DNA of 44,282 nucleotides, taken from NCBI GenBank assembly GCA_010356995.1, contig ML996689.1, positions 124,001 to 168,282 on the forward strand. The letters run 5' to 3'. This document shows, piece after piece, positions 12,638-22,404 of the stretch. The notes beneath the pieces were generated by a model, which saw only the letters and a program-made list of their open reading frames with translations, was not told where the DNA came from and ran no database searches. Within the stretch, counting starts at the first letter, position 1, and every line of letters starts with the position of its first letter. Position numbers and translations under genes: made by a program. The DNA comes from Trichodelitschia bisporula. Its lineage: Eukaryota.

Positions 12638-13040
12638 CAACCTCCAGGCGGCCCCCCCCTACTCCAACCGCCACCGGCAAGCTCACCTGTTTTGCATTTC
12701 CCTTTGGTCATAGAAAAGGCCCGGCGGGGGCACTACGGGGGTAGACTTGCGCCTCCCATCCTCCCCTGTACAACTTCTCCGCATTTTGCAGCGTGCGGCT
12801 GGCCGTTTTGCCTTATTTATTTTTGCTGGCACTACTGCTATTTTTTTCATTCGACGGCCCTGCTTTCGACGACGGTTCACGCCTCTTTCAAGCTCGAGCC
12901 TCCTCTGCGACGAAGCGAGCACTGTGACGCTGGCTTGGAGACCGGGAAGAGGTTCGATTGGAGAGGAGAACGAGGAGCTTGTTGAGCTTGTTGGCTCACG
13001 TGCACCCCTCCCCTTCGATCTCCAGGCTTCAATATCCAGT

Positions 13041-13060
13041 CTCTCTCTCTCTCTCTCTCT
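13041..13060. repeat. (CT)10 microsatellite
   Basis: Read directly from the sequence. Confidence 0.95.
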
Positions 13061-13278
13061 ACAACAACCATTCCGGCAAAGACAAGGAAGAGGGTCAGCA
13101 GTTGCAGTTGGAGTTGCAGTGATCAGTGAACAGTTGAGTGACAGTTTTTGAAGGTGTGCAGGAAAGAAAGAAAGAAAGCGAGAGCTGAGAAGAAGAGAGA
13201 CATTGGGAGAAGAGGCGTTGAGGAACTGCTCTCTTCCTATTCTACCTGACCATCTGTGCTGCTACACATTCTGCTGCT

Positions 13279-13362
13279 GCTGCATCACTCTGCATTCTCT
13301 GCATCATTTCTGCATCGACTCTGCATCGACTCTGCATCATTTCTGCATCGACTCTGCATCAA
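13279..13362. repeat. 9-11 bp minisatellite with 8 CTGCAT cores (TCTGCATC-GAC/ATT)
   Basis: ctgcatcac tctgcattc tctgcatcatt tctgcatcgac tctgcatcgac tctgcatcatt tctgcatcgac tctgcatcaa. Confidence 0.9.
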
Positions 13363-13463
13363 TCTCCGTTAGGCTCTCTCTCTTTCGCTCCCCTTGCACT
13401 ACAAGCTTCATTACGGACTACTTTCCTATCCTATCATCATTACGACTATCCTATCAACGCTCT

Positions 13464-13486
13464 CCGATATCCGATATCCGATATCC
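13464..13486. repeat. (CCGATAT)x3 tandem repeat
   Basis: ccgatat ccgatat ccgatat cc. Confidence 0.85.
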
Positions 13487-14050
13487 TATTCTCCCGGACA
13501 TCAACTCTCCTCCATTCTCCCTTCCCCAGCCCCCGAAGTCCACTTTCTCTCTCTCGTCTTCCCGAAGCAAGCCATCTCCCACTATCCTAAACGGGCGCAT
13601 CATCACCAATATTACCACCTTACGGAGTACCCGTCCTTCTACATACCGTACCGCTCTCCCCCCTCCTAGCCCACCAACCATAGCCAACCCGGATCCACTT
13701 CCCCTCCTCTCATCGGTCGCCTTGCTCCTCATCCACGCCCAGACCCCAGACTTTCACCATCTCAACAGCCTGTCCTGATCAACTTCTGCATCTCCATCCA
13801 CTACAACAAAACGACAACAATTGACATATCCTGTCCTGTACATCGATATTTCATTGCTATTCCTATCCTGTTATCCCTCCCCCCACCCCCCGCAACGCTA
13901 AGCCTTGTCCTGACTTCTTACACTCTCTTCTCCTCCAATCCATTTCCGACCTCCTGGGAGTCCCGGCTTCTCTCCACTCGGGAATCCGTCAGCTCCCTTC
14001 CCCTCCCGGCCGGCATCAGTGCTCATCCACCACCATCACACACCAAAGAA

Positions 14051-14280
14051 NNNNNNNNNNNNNNNNNNNNNNNNNNNNNNNNNNNNNNNNNNNNNNNNNN
14101 NNNNNNNNNNNNNNNNNNNNNNNNNNNNNNNNNNNNNNNNNNNNNNNNNNNNNNNNNNNNNNNNNNNNNNNNNNNNNNNNNNNNNNNNNNNNNNNNNNNN
14201 NNNNNNNNNNNNNNNNNNNNNNNNNNNNNNNNNNNNNNNNNNNNNNNNNNNNNNNNNNNNNNNNNNNNNNNNNNNNNNNN
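14051..14280. other. Assembly gap (230 N)
   Basis: Run of n characters. Confidence 1.
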
Positions 14281-14447
14281 GACCCCCATCTTTTCTCCCC
14301 ACACCCGCTCTACCAGTCCCACGACCTCGAACCCTCCCCCCACCATTCACACTCACCAAACCCCAAAATCAGTACCACGCGACGCAACACAAGCCCCCAG
14401 TACCCCACCCCTCTTCGGGCTTAGTCGCAAAAGAAGGTTGTGCAGGA

Positions 14448-14492
14448 ATGCCCGCCGACCTCCGACGTCTGCCTTCGACCACAGCCCGCTAA
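14448..14492 (+). other. Candidate uORF (MPADLRRLPSTTAR*) upstream of the C2H2 TF
   Basis: Only plus-strand ATG in the sequenced bases between 12582 and the predicted main start (14584). It is out of frame and ends 91 nt before that start. Confidence 0.4.
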
Positions 14493-14583
14493 CCCTTTGA
14501 ACCGTTCCACAAGCAACACCACCATCTCCCCACATAGCATCCCTTTTGCGACTTCGACATCCCACTTGCTCGAGATTCGCCGG

Positions 14584-17500
14584 ATGGCGCAGATACTGCC
14601 CATGCACGCTGGTTTGCCTCCGTCTTTTGGGCCCGAGCCTGGTCTGCACGCCCTTTCGGCTGCTGGGTCGGCGGCGCAGTCTGCTGCTGCGCACTCGGCG
14701 CACTCGGCGCAGGAGCACACGCGAGACAGTCCGGATAGCGGCGCGCACAGCAAATCCGGAAGTGCGATGGAGCACTCGAGTGCGTCGGGGTCGCCGGGCG
14801 GCCACGAGGAGAATAATGCGCGGGGACGACGAAGAACGCGCGACACGGGTTCGGGCGACGATGAGGATGGCCCGGATGGCGATGGCGGCCAGGGCGGCTC
14901 GAAGAAGAGGCGGAGGAGCAGGAAGGGGCTGGATAAGAAATTTGAATGTCCGCACGAGGGGTGCGGGAAGAGCTATTCAAGGGCTGAGCATCTGTATCGC
15001 CATCAACTGAACCGTAGGTTGCTGCGACGAGATGTGGACGATATGGAAGGCTGACCCCCACTTCTTCTCCCATAGACAACCCGAAGCAGATCTACAACTG
15101 CGACTTCCCCGAGTGCCACCGCTCCTTCGTCCGCCAGGACCTCTGCGCGCGACACAAGGAGCGCCACACGGCGCGCGGCTCCCAGCTCCTGCGCAAGGAG
15201 AACTTCATGCAGAACCTCAACCCCATCGTCACGGCTGCCATGCAGGCCCAAAGCGCTAAACTCGGCAAAGCCCAGGGTTCGCCCACGGGGCCTCCTAGCA
15301 GCGCGACGTTCTCCTCGCCGACATCCTATCCCGGTCTCCAGCAGCAGGGACCCGATCGCGGCTACCCGATGCAGTCGCCCGTCGCCAGCTCCGCCACCAT
15401 GCGCTCTGAGAACTCGACCCCGCTCGACCCGGCTATGCACTCGCCCGCTACGGACCCGTCGACCGTGCAGCGATCCAAGAGCGACGATAGCTACCGCTCC
15501 GGCGACCCGGGGAGGATGGATGTGAGCGGTGCGCCGCGGTCGGCTACGTTTGCCCCTAACTACGGCCAAAACGGGCCGCGGCCACATGTGCCCGAGGGTT
15601 ACAACAAGCCCGGCGGCCAGAACTACGGCAATAACTCGCCGTACGCACCGCCCGGCGGGGGTAACTTCCCGCGGCTCTCGCAGCTCGGGAACCACACTGC
15701 AGCACAACCCGGGAGCAATTTCCAGTCCCACCATAACTTCCCTCCGCTCACAGCGCTGCCACCACCGGGCTATGCAACCATGACTCAGCAGGCGACGACA
15801 TCCGCCGAGTCGGCGCCTCCCGCACAGACCATGGGCCCGGAAAATCACCCCATGACTTCCGCGTCGGATAACTCGTTGCTTGAGAGCATGACGCCGACGT
15901 ACTCCATCCCCATGTTCGGCGGCGAGAGTTATAGCCGATCGCCGTTCGCTATGGCGGATGACTTCACGGCTTGGCTGTTCAACGACGCGAACTTCGGTCC
16001 TGGGGCCTCGCCCATGGCGCACGCTGGCAACGCTCCGGGCATCGTGAGTAACACGCCTTTCAGTCTGCAGGCGCCGTACTTCAACCACGATCTCAATGTC
16101 AACGGGTATCTCACGCAGCCCGTGCCGCCACAACACCCCATGGCGGTTAACAATCTCATCGACACGAGCATGCAACAGCTGGCACTATCCGAGGACCGGC
16201 GACAACAGATTCTAGACCTCATCGACACGCGCTTCAACGACACGAGCCACGCCCCCGTCAAAAAGCGCGACGAACTGCTCGACGGAAACCGCGAGGACGA
16301 GAACCACGTGCTGAGCCTGCACATGATGCAGACCTACATCGGGTCCTACTGGCACTACTTCCACCCGCAAATGCCCATCCTGCACAAACCCACCTTCCAA
16401 GCAAACTCCTGCCCGGAGCTCCTCCTCATCGCCATCATGGCCCTCGGCGCCTCATGTCTAGAAAAAAGCCACGGCTACGACGTAACGCAGAACTGCAGCG
16501 AGCTGTCTAACTTCCTGGCCTGGCACCTGCGCTGGGAAATCTTCATGGACGCCGATTTCCGCCCCCCGGCTAAGCTGTGGGTCTTCCAAGCCCTGCTCCT
16601 CCTCGAGATCTTCGAGAAAATGTATTCTACGCGCCCGCTCCACGAGCGCGCGCATATACACCACGCCACGACCCTGACGCTTATGCGCCGCGGCTCCTCG
16701 CTCATCGGTCGCAGCGCCGTCGATTCGCCCCCCAGCGGCGCAAACAGCAGTCACCAGAGCCGCGCCGGGTCGTTGAACGGCACGCTGAGCGCAGCCCACG
16801 GCGCGTACACGCCGGACGAGTGGTGGAACCAGTGGATCACGAACGAGGCCACGCGGCGCGCCGCCTTCGCCGCCTTCGTCATGGACTCCATCCACGCGAC
16901 TATGTTCGGGCACTCCGCCGTCATGGTCGCGCACGAAATGCGGCTCCCGCTGCCCTGCGACGAGGCGCTGTGGAGCGCAACTGGCTCCGCCGAGGTCGCG
17001 CGCGTCGAGGCCAATTTGCTCCAGAACGGGGTCAAGCCGACTACTTTCCTCGAGGGCTTGAAGAAGACGCTAAATGGGCAGCATGTCCGCACCAATAGCT
17101 TCGGGCGCACGATTCTCATGGCTGGCTTGCTGAGCGTGAGCTGGCATATGAACCAGCGCGACTTGCAGGTTTCGAGTCTCGGGGTTTCGCAGGCGCTGGG
17201 CGGCCGGGACAAGTGGCGCGGGTCCCTGACCCGGGCGTTTGATTTCTGGAAACTGGATCTCGATGAGTCGCTCGCCAAGTCTGGGGACGGGCCCGCGGCG
17301 GCGTATTACCAGCAGAGTCTGCGCGCGGAAGAGGAGAATATCTTCGAGGGGCGGACGGTGCTGCATCACCTTGCGCACATGGCGATGCATGTCGATATCG
17401 TGGATTGCCAGATCTTTGCGGGGGCGAGCAGGTTGCTTGGGCGTAGCATCACACCGCAGGATTATAATGGGGCGCAGAGGAGGATGAAGGAGGGGTGGGC

Positions 17501-17942
17501 GCCGACGGCGAGGGCGCGCGATGCTACCTTCTACGCGTTGAGGTTTTTGTCCCAGGTGCTTATTCCGGATGATGCGGTGCCGGGGAAGCGCAAGGCGGAG
17601 TTTACGTACTCGGCGCGCGACGACTTTTTGATCAACAGGCCATGGGTGTTGTACTTTGCGACGCTGATTGTGTGGAGCTATGGGTATGCGCTTGATGGGC
17701 CTATCAAGCCCATGTACTCTCTGAATTCGGAGGAGGAGGTCGTGGACGACATGACGGGCTTCCTGCGCAGGGTGGGTGGCGTGCGCGCGCCGGATGATTT
17801 GGCACGCGTGCCGAATCGGAATGCGTGTCTGGGGTTGTTGATTCTTATGCGGGATACGTTCGGCAGGACGAGGTGGGAGCTGCTGCATGAGGCGAGTAAG
17901 TTGCTGACGAAGTGTGTTGATATGTTGAGGGGGGAGGCGTGA
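14584..17942 (+). CDS. C2H2 zinc-finger transcription factor with fungal-specific TF (middle homology) domain, Zas1/Klf1-like architecture
   Basis: NLS-like KKRRRSRK, then two fingers CPHEGC..H...H and CDFPEC..RHKERH joined across intron 15014-15075 (GTAGGT..CTGAC..TAG, 62 nt). C-terminal motifs YWHYFHPQMPILHKPTF, WITNEATRRAAFAAF and LPLPCDEALW. Start could be 14584 or 14602, or there may be an upstream exon in the gap. Confidence 0.92.
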
Positions 17943-17996
17943 GGGGGGGGGAAGGAGGAGTTAGTTAGGTGGTTTGTTTGATTGCGTTTCCGGCAA

Positions 17997-18315
17997 GGGG
18001 GGGGGGGGGGGGGGGGGGGGGTGTGAGCGACTTGGGGGGGAAGCGGAGCGGGCCGTTGGAAGAGAAGAGCTGGGGAATTGAGCCGCGAGTTCCGGTGCCG
18101 GGCGTGCGCTTGTGCGGTGGCCATTTCGTCGTTTTTTGGGTTTCCTGCACCCGTGTGTGGGTTGGATGTTGCTGGGGGCGGTTTTGTCGTCGTTTGGGTT
18201 CTACGTGTGGCTGTTTTTCCTGGCTATTTCTAGCTAGCGAGACCGGTTCTCGACCGCTCTCGCTGGTTGGATGCATTTCCTTACCTATACCCCCCCCCCC
18301 CCCCCCCCCCCCCCC
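17997..18315. repeat. Poly-G (25 nt, 17997-18021) and poly-C (26 nt, 18290-18315) tracts forming an inverted repeat
   Basis: Both homopolymers are visible directly. The flanks aaG..Gt and aC..Ctt are also complementary. Spacer 268 nt. Confidence 0.85.
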
Positions 18316-18808
18316 TTTTCTGTTCTCGTTTTTGGTTTTTGGCTTGGGTTGGTTTTTTGTCTTCCGGTTTGCTTTGGGGGTGGTTTGGTCTGGGGGTTGG
18401 GACTGGGGATGTCGGGAGGGAGATATGGATGGACGATGTTGGATGGATGAACATGCCAGGGGACAGTGCACATATTCGCCTCTTTTCTCACTGTTTTATC
18501 GTTTGATCTTTTGCGTCTTTTGCTAGCTTGGAGGGTCTTTTTGCGCATTGGTTTGGTTGGGGATATGGGAAAGGGGTAAAAATGGGAATCTACGGTCTCT
18601 GCTATGGGATGTGTGAAGGACGAAGGCATGCGGCTGTTGTGTTGATCCGGCGTAGATACCTAGGCTAAGGTCATGGATGCGGCTGCGTTGTGCTTCTCGT
18701 CTGGCTTCGAGTGCTTAAGATGTCTTTGGTGAGGCGCGGCTAAGAATAGGATTTAAGCCTCGATTAGCTCTAGGATCGATATGCTTCTCCTCCCCCGTAG
18801 ACCGCCGT

Positions 18809-21800
18809 TCACAAGCCCGCCACCTCAACCCATCGCCTCTCCATCCGCCCCCCATCAACCTTCATCCCCATACCGCCCTCCCCTCCCTCCAACTCAGCAA
18901 AGCTCTCTCCCTCCAGCTCACCAACCCCCTCTCCCCCGCCCTCAGCCTCATCCTCACCCCCCCTCTCCGCAACCACGCTCCACCTCTCCCTCCTCCTGTC
19001 CGCCGGATGCCCACCTCTCGTCCTCTCCTTCCCCCAAAGAAAATCCTCAAGCGCAACCCGAGCCCACACGCCGAGGTGAGCCACGCGCTCTCTTCGCTCG
19101 CCCGCCCTCCGCGCAATGCGTTTGCTCAACCGCTTGGTGTCGCCGAGCATGCTCACGGGGGAAGATCCTGGTGGACGGGGATAGCACAGGCCGGAAGGCG
19201 GAATATGAGCCCGGACAGGGGATGATGTTGGCGGGGTGGTTGTTGGGGGGTAGAGGGGCGTAGAGGGTTGTGGGTAGAAGGGTGTTGTGGAGGGTGTGTT
19301 GGTCGGCGATATAGTGCTGGATTCGCGGTGGTGGGTTGGCAAGGGAGTAGGGGGCATCGTGGTCATGGGCTGGGCGGTCGTCATTGGCTGGGTGATTGTC
19401 GGTGTGAGTCGTGCTATCGGAGCCTCATCCGCCAGCGCATCTGTGAGCCGGTCTTCTTCCGCGATTGAAGGCGCGTAGACGCTCACCACTGAGGATGAGC
19501 GAGAGGATATTGAGTGGTCCCCACTGCTGCTGCCGCTGTAGGAGGTATCCCGCGTAACGATGGTACTGCGGGAGGGGGTCGCCACATGGTGGGGGTTGGG
19601 GTGGAGGGGGGGGGTGTACGGCCGTGAGTGATGATGGTGATGGTGGTAGTGGTGCGGTTTGTGCTTGTGCGGCTTTTGCTTGGGCGGGTTGTGGTGCTTG
19701 TGCGAGTCGTGGTGCTTGTGCGGCTTCTTCTTCAGAGAGTGGTGATGCTTGTCCGACTTGTGCTTAGGCGGGTCCTCATTCCCGTGCGGCTTCTGCTTCG
19801 GCGAATAGTCGTCCTTGCACGGCTTCTCCTTGGTCGGGTCGTCGTGTTTGTCTGACTTGTGCTTCGGCGGGTCGTGGTGTTCGTCTGCTTCCTGCTTCGG
19901 CGGGTCGTCGTCCTTGTGCAGCTTTTGCTCTTGCGGGTCGTCGTGCTCATCTGACTTCTCCTTCTGCAGGTCGTCGTCCTTGTCCGACTTTTGCTTAAGC
20001 GGCTCGCCGTGTTCGTCCGACTTCTGCTTGGGCGGGTCGTGGTGCTTATGCCGATGCGAAGAATCAGACGTACGGTGCGAGGAGTGCGACTTGTGCCGTG
20101 AGCCCGACTTGTGCCACGAGGAGTCCGAATGATGGCGATGCAGAGAGCCTGAGGGACGATGCCTGGAGTCCGAGTGACGATGCGGGGAGCCCGAGTGACG
20201 ACGATGCGGGGAGCCCGAGTGACGAGGATGCGGAGAGCCCGAGTGACGAGGCCTGGAGTCCGAGTGACGATGGTGGGAGCCCGAGTGACGATGCGGAGAG
20301 CCCGAGTGACGATGCCCAGAGCCCGAATGACGATTGGGAGAGCCAGAGTGACGACGATGCGGGGGGGCCGAGTGACGATGCGGAGTGCCCGAGTGACGAC
20401 GATGCGGAGTGCCCGAGTGACGACGATGCGGAGTGCCCGAGTGACGACGATGCGGAGTGCCCGAGTGACGACGATGCGGAGAGCTCGAGTGACGATGCCC
20501 ATAACCCGAGTGACGATGCGGGGAGCCCGAGTGACGACGGTGAGAGGAGCCCGAGTGACGGCGATGTAGGGAGGCCGAGTGCCGATGCGGGGAGCCCGAG
20601 TGACGACGATGCGGGGAGCCCGAGTGACGACGATGACAGGAACCCGATTGAGAGTGACGATTCGAGGAGCCAGACCTACGGTCCGAAGAGAGAGACTTGA
20701 AGTACTCTTCTATCTCCCTCGCCCTCGCCATGCCCACCTCCCCCGGGTGATAGTTCCACATCGCCTCATTCAGTGCCTCCTTCCGCCTCATCGCCTCCTC
20801 GTCCAACTTCTGCCTCAGCGGGTCTCCGTATTCATCCACCTCCTGCTCCAGCGGCTCGTGGTACTTATGTCGATGCAAGGAGCTCGACGTACGGCGCGAG
20901 GGGTTCGACCTACGAGGCGAGGAGCCCGACCTGTGCCTCTCCGCCGCAGCCTTTGCCGCAGAGCTCCTCCTCTCTCCCGCGCGATACTTCCTCCTCTCCT
21001 CATCTAACATCGTCCTCGATCCCACACCCCGCCAATCGCCCTCAACACCCATCTCCCCCTGCCACCCCAACTCCCTCAGCCTCATCCTCCCCCTCTCCAG
21101 CTCCCAACCTCGCTCCAGCTCCCGACTCCGCCGCGACCAATCCTCCCCCCTGTGCCGCCGACTCCGCCTTGCCGGCACCTGCAGCGTATTCTCCCCGCTC
21201 ATCTGCCCCTTAGCGTGGGTCCCCGCGATCCGGGCCTTGATGCGCTGCCGGACGGGCTTCTTCCTCGCGTGCTTTTTCTTCCGCGACTGCGGGGGTAGGC
21301 CGGCGATCTCTCGACCGAAGGCCAGGACGCGTTGGATATGAGAGGGGGGGTGGTAATGCCGCCGGTGAGATTTGTGCCGTGAGTGGCTGCGGCTGCGGGA
21401 GCCTTTTTTCTTCTTGCCGCCGTGCCCTGCGAGCGCGACTTGCCCGTAGTATTCCTTGCGGCGGACTTTGCGGATGCGGTCGGGGTCTGAGGGGTAGTGG
21501 GTGACATTGGTGTTGCCGACGATGGTGCCGTTGGTGAGGGTTGACGTTAGGGAGGCGGGACCGTCGATGGGTGGGGTGAGTGGTTCCGGCGCTGTCTTGC
21601 GACTTGGGGAGCTAGAGACACGTTTGGTACGTTTCTTGATTCCCTCGGATTTCGACTTTTTTCGACTCCGTGTTGAACCCTGTGTGCTCTGTTTCCGACC
21701 CCGAGTCGGCGGGTGTGGTATCGTTAATGGTATGCTTGGTAGGTATTCGCTTATGGTGGTGTCGGTTAGGCGTCTGGGGCGCAGCTCGACGTTGGATGGG

Positions 21801-21952
21801 TCGTAGATCTTGATTGCGGGGACGGATGGGTCAGCGGGGGAGTGGAGTGTATGATGGTGGTAGTGTGGGACGGTGATGAAAGGGCAGCGGAGGAGGGAGC
21901 AGATGGGATATGAGTGGGGATCTTCGGTGCTGGCGTAAGATGGATGATACAT
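18809..21952 (-). CDS. Orphan 1047-aa basic, His/Arg/Ser-rich, low-complexity tandem-repeat protein
   Basis: Uninterrupted 3144-nt ORF from ATG 21952. Repeat-unit length variants (21 vs 24 nt) preserve the frame. No recognisable globular domain. Confidence 0.65.
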   Translation of the reverse strand: MYHPSYASTEDPHSYPICSLLRCPFITVPHYHHHTLHSPADPSVPAIKIYDPSNVELRPRRLTDTTISEYLPSIPLTIPHPPTRGRKQSTQGSTRSRKKSKSEGIKKRTKRVSSSPSRKTAPEPLTPPIDGPASLTSTLTNGTIVGNTNVTHYPSDPDRIRKVRRKEYYGQVALAGHGGKKKKGSRSRSHSRHKSHRRHYHPPSHIQRVLAFGREIAGLPPQSRKKKHARKKPVRQRIKARIAGTHAKGQMSGENTLQVPARRSRRHRGEDWSRRSRELERGWELERGRMRLRELGWQGEMGVEGDWRGVGSRTMLDEERRKYRAGERRSSAAKAAAERHRSGSSPRRSNPSRRTSSSLHRHKYHEPLEQEVDEYGDPLRQKLDEEAMRRKEALNEAMWNYHPGEVGMARAREIEEYFKSLSSDRRSGSSNRHSQSGSCHRRHSGSPHRRHSGSPHRHSASLHRRHSGSSHRRHSGSPHRHSGYGHRHSSSPHRRHSGTPHRRHSGTPHRRHSGTPHRRHSGTPHRHSAPPHRRHSGSPNRHSGSGHRHSGSPHRHSGSHHRHSDSRPRHSGSPHPRHSGSPHRRHSGSPHRHSDSRHRPSGSLHRHHSDSSWHKSGSRHKSHSSHRTSDSSHRHKHHDPPKQKSDEHGEPLKQKSDKDDDLQKEKSDEHDDPQEQKLHKDDDPPKQEADEHHDPPKHKSDKHDDPTKEKPCKDDYSPKQKPHGNEDPPKHKSDKHHHSLKKKPHKHHDSHKHHNPPKQKPHKHKPHHYHHHHHHSRPYTPPLHPNPHHVATPSRSTIVTRDTSYSGSSSGDHSISSRSSSVVSVYAPSIAEEDRLTDALADEAPIARLTPTITQPMTTAQPMTTMPPTPLPTHHRESSTISPTNTPSTTPFYPQPSTPLYPPTTTPPTSSPVRAHIPPSGLCYPRPPGSSPVSMLGDTKRLSKRIARRAGERRERVAHLGVWARVALEDFLWGKERTRGGHPADRRRERWSVVAERGGEDEAEGGGEGVGELEGESFAELEGGEGGMGMKVDGGRMERRWVEVAGL
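19671..20045 (-). repeat. Coding repeat array, ~11-12 aa units (PPKQKSDEHDD-like)
   Basis: DPPKQKSDEHG / EPLKQKSDKDD / DPQEQKLHKDD / DPPKQEADEHH / DPPKHKSDKHD / DPTKEKPCKDD ... Confidence 0.8.
20114..20660 (-). repeat. Coding minisatellite, ~22-24 units of 21/24 bp encoding (R)RHSG[S/T]PH
   Basis: Plus-strand core gagtgacga(cga)tgcggrgwgccc. Four identical 24-bp copies at ~20380-20475. Confidence 0.95.
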
Positions 21953-22404
21953 GTGTAGGGATGTGATAAGGAGTGTAGGTATTGGCGATAGCTTGTGCTT
22001 GATGGAAAGGATGCAAGTAATGCTGCGCTTTGGAGTGTGGATGTGGTTTGAGCCAGTGGAGGTTGGGATGGAGGTGAGGGTGGCAAGGCTGAGATGGGAA
22101 GGAGCGGGTTGGTTGGATTAGGAAGTCTGTTTAGTGTTGGTCAACTTCCGAGTTGCAGGGTATGAGACGTTCTAAAGAAGCCTTGTAACTTAACTAGATG
22201 CGTGTAGAATGCTTTGGTATGGTCCCATGAAGAAGTGGACCGTTAAAGCGTCATCAGCTGAGCCGCCTCCCGAACCACCACCCGACGTCACTCAGCCAAA
22301 CGACGTCAGAAAGGCGGGCAGCACTCGACTTCAAATATCAGACCCTGCAACCCAACGCGTGCAGTCTTCTTCATCAAAGCATCCATTTTCAACATCTGTC
22401 CGAA

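Noticed and set aside
13279..13362. Short regular repeats as a possible CRISPR-like array
   Set aside because: Units are 9-11 bp with no unique spacers, the context is eukaryotic, and there are no cas genes.
14019..14492. ORFs spanning the N run
   Set aside because: Artefacts of translating the assembly gap.
15003..17888. 390-aa and 272-aa minus-strand ORFs; also a possible Cmr1/Pig1 identity for the TF
   Set aside because: The ORFs are antisense shadows of the TF. No Zn2Cys6 cluster follows the C2H2 fingers, so it is not Cmr1/Pig1-type.
20098..20700. Plus-strand Asp-rich (DDDAGSPS)n ORF and other open frames across the minisatellite
   Set aside because: They are open only because the repeat unit lacks stops in those frames and they end near the array edges, whereas the minus-strand frame stays open for 3.1 kb.
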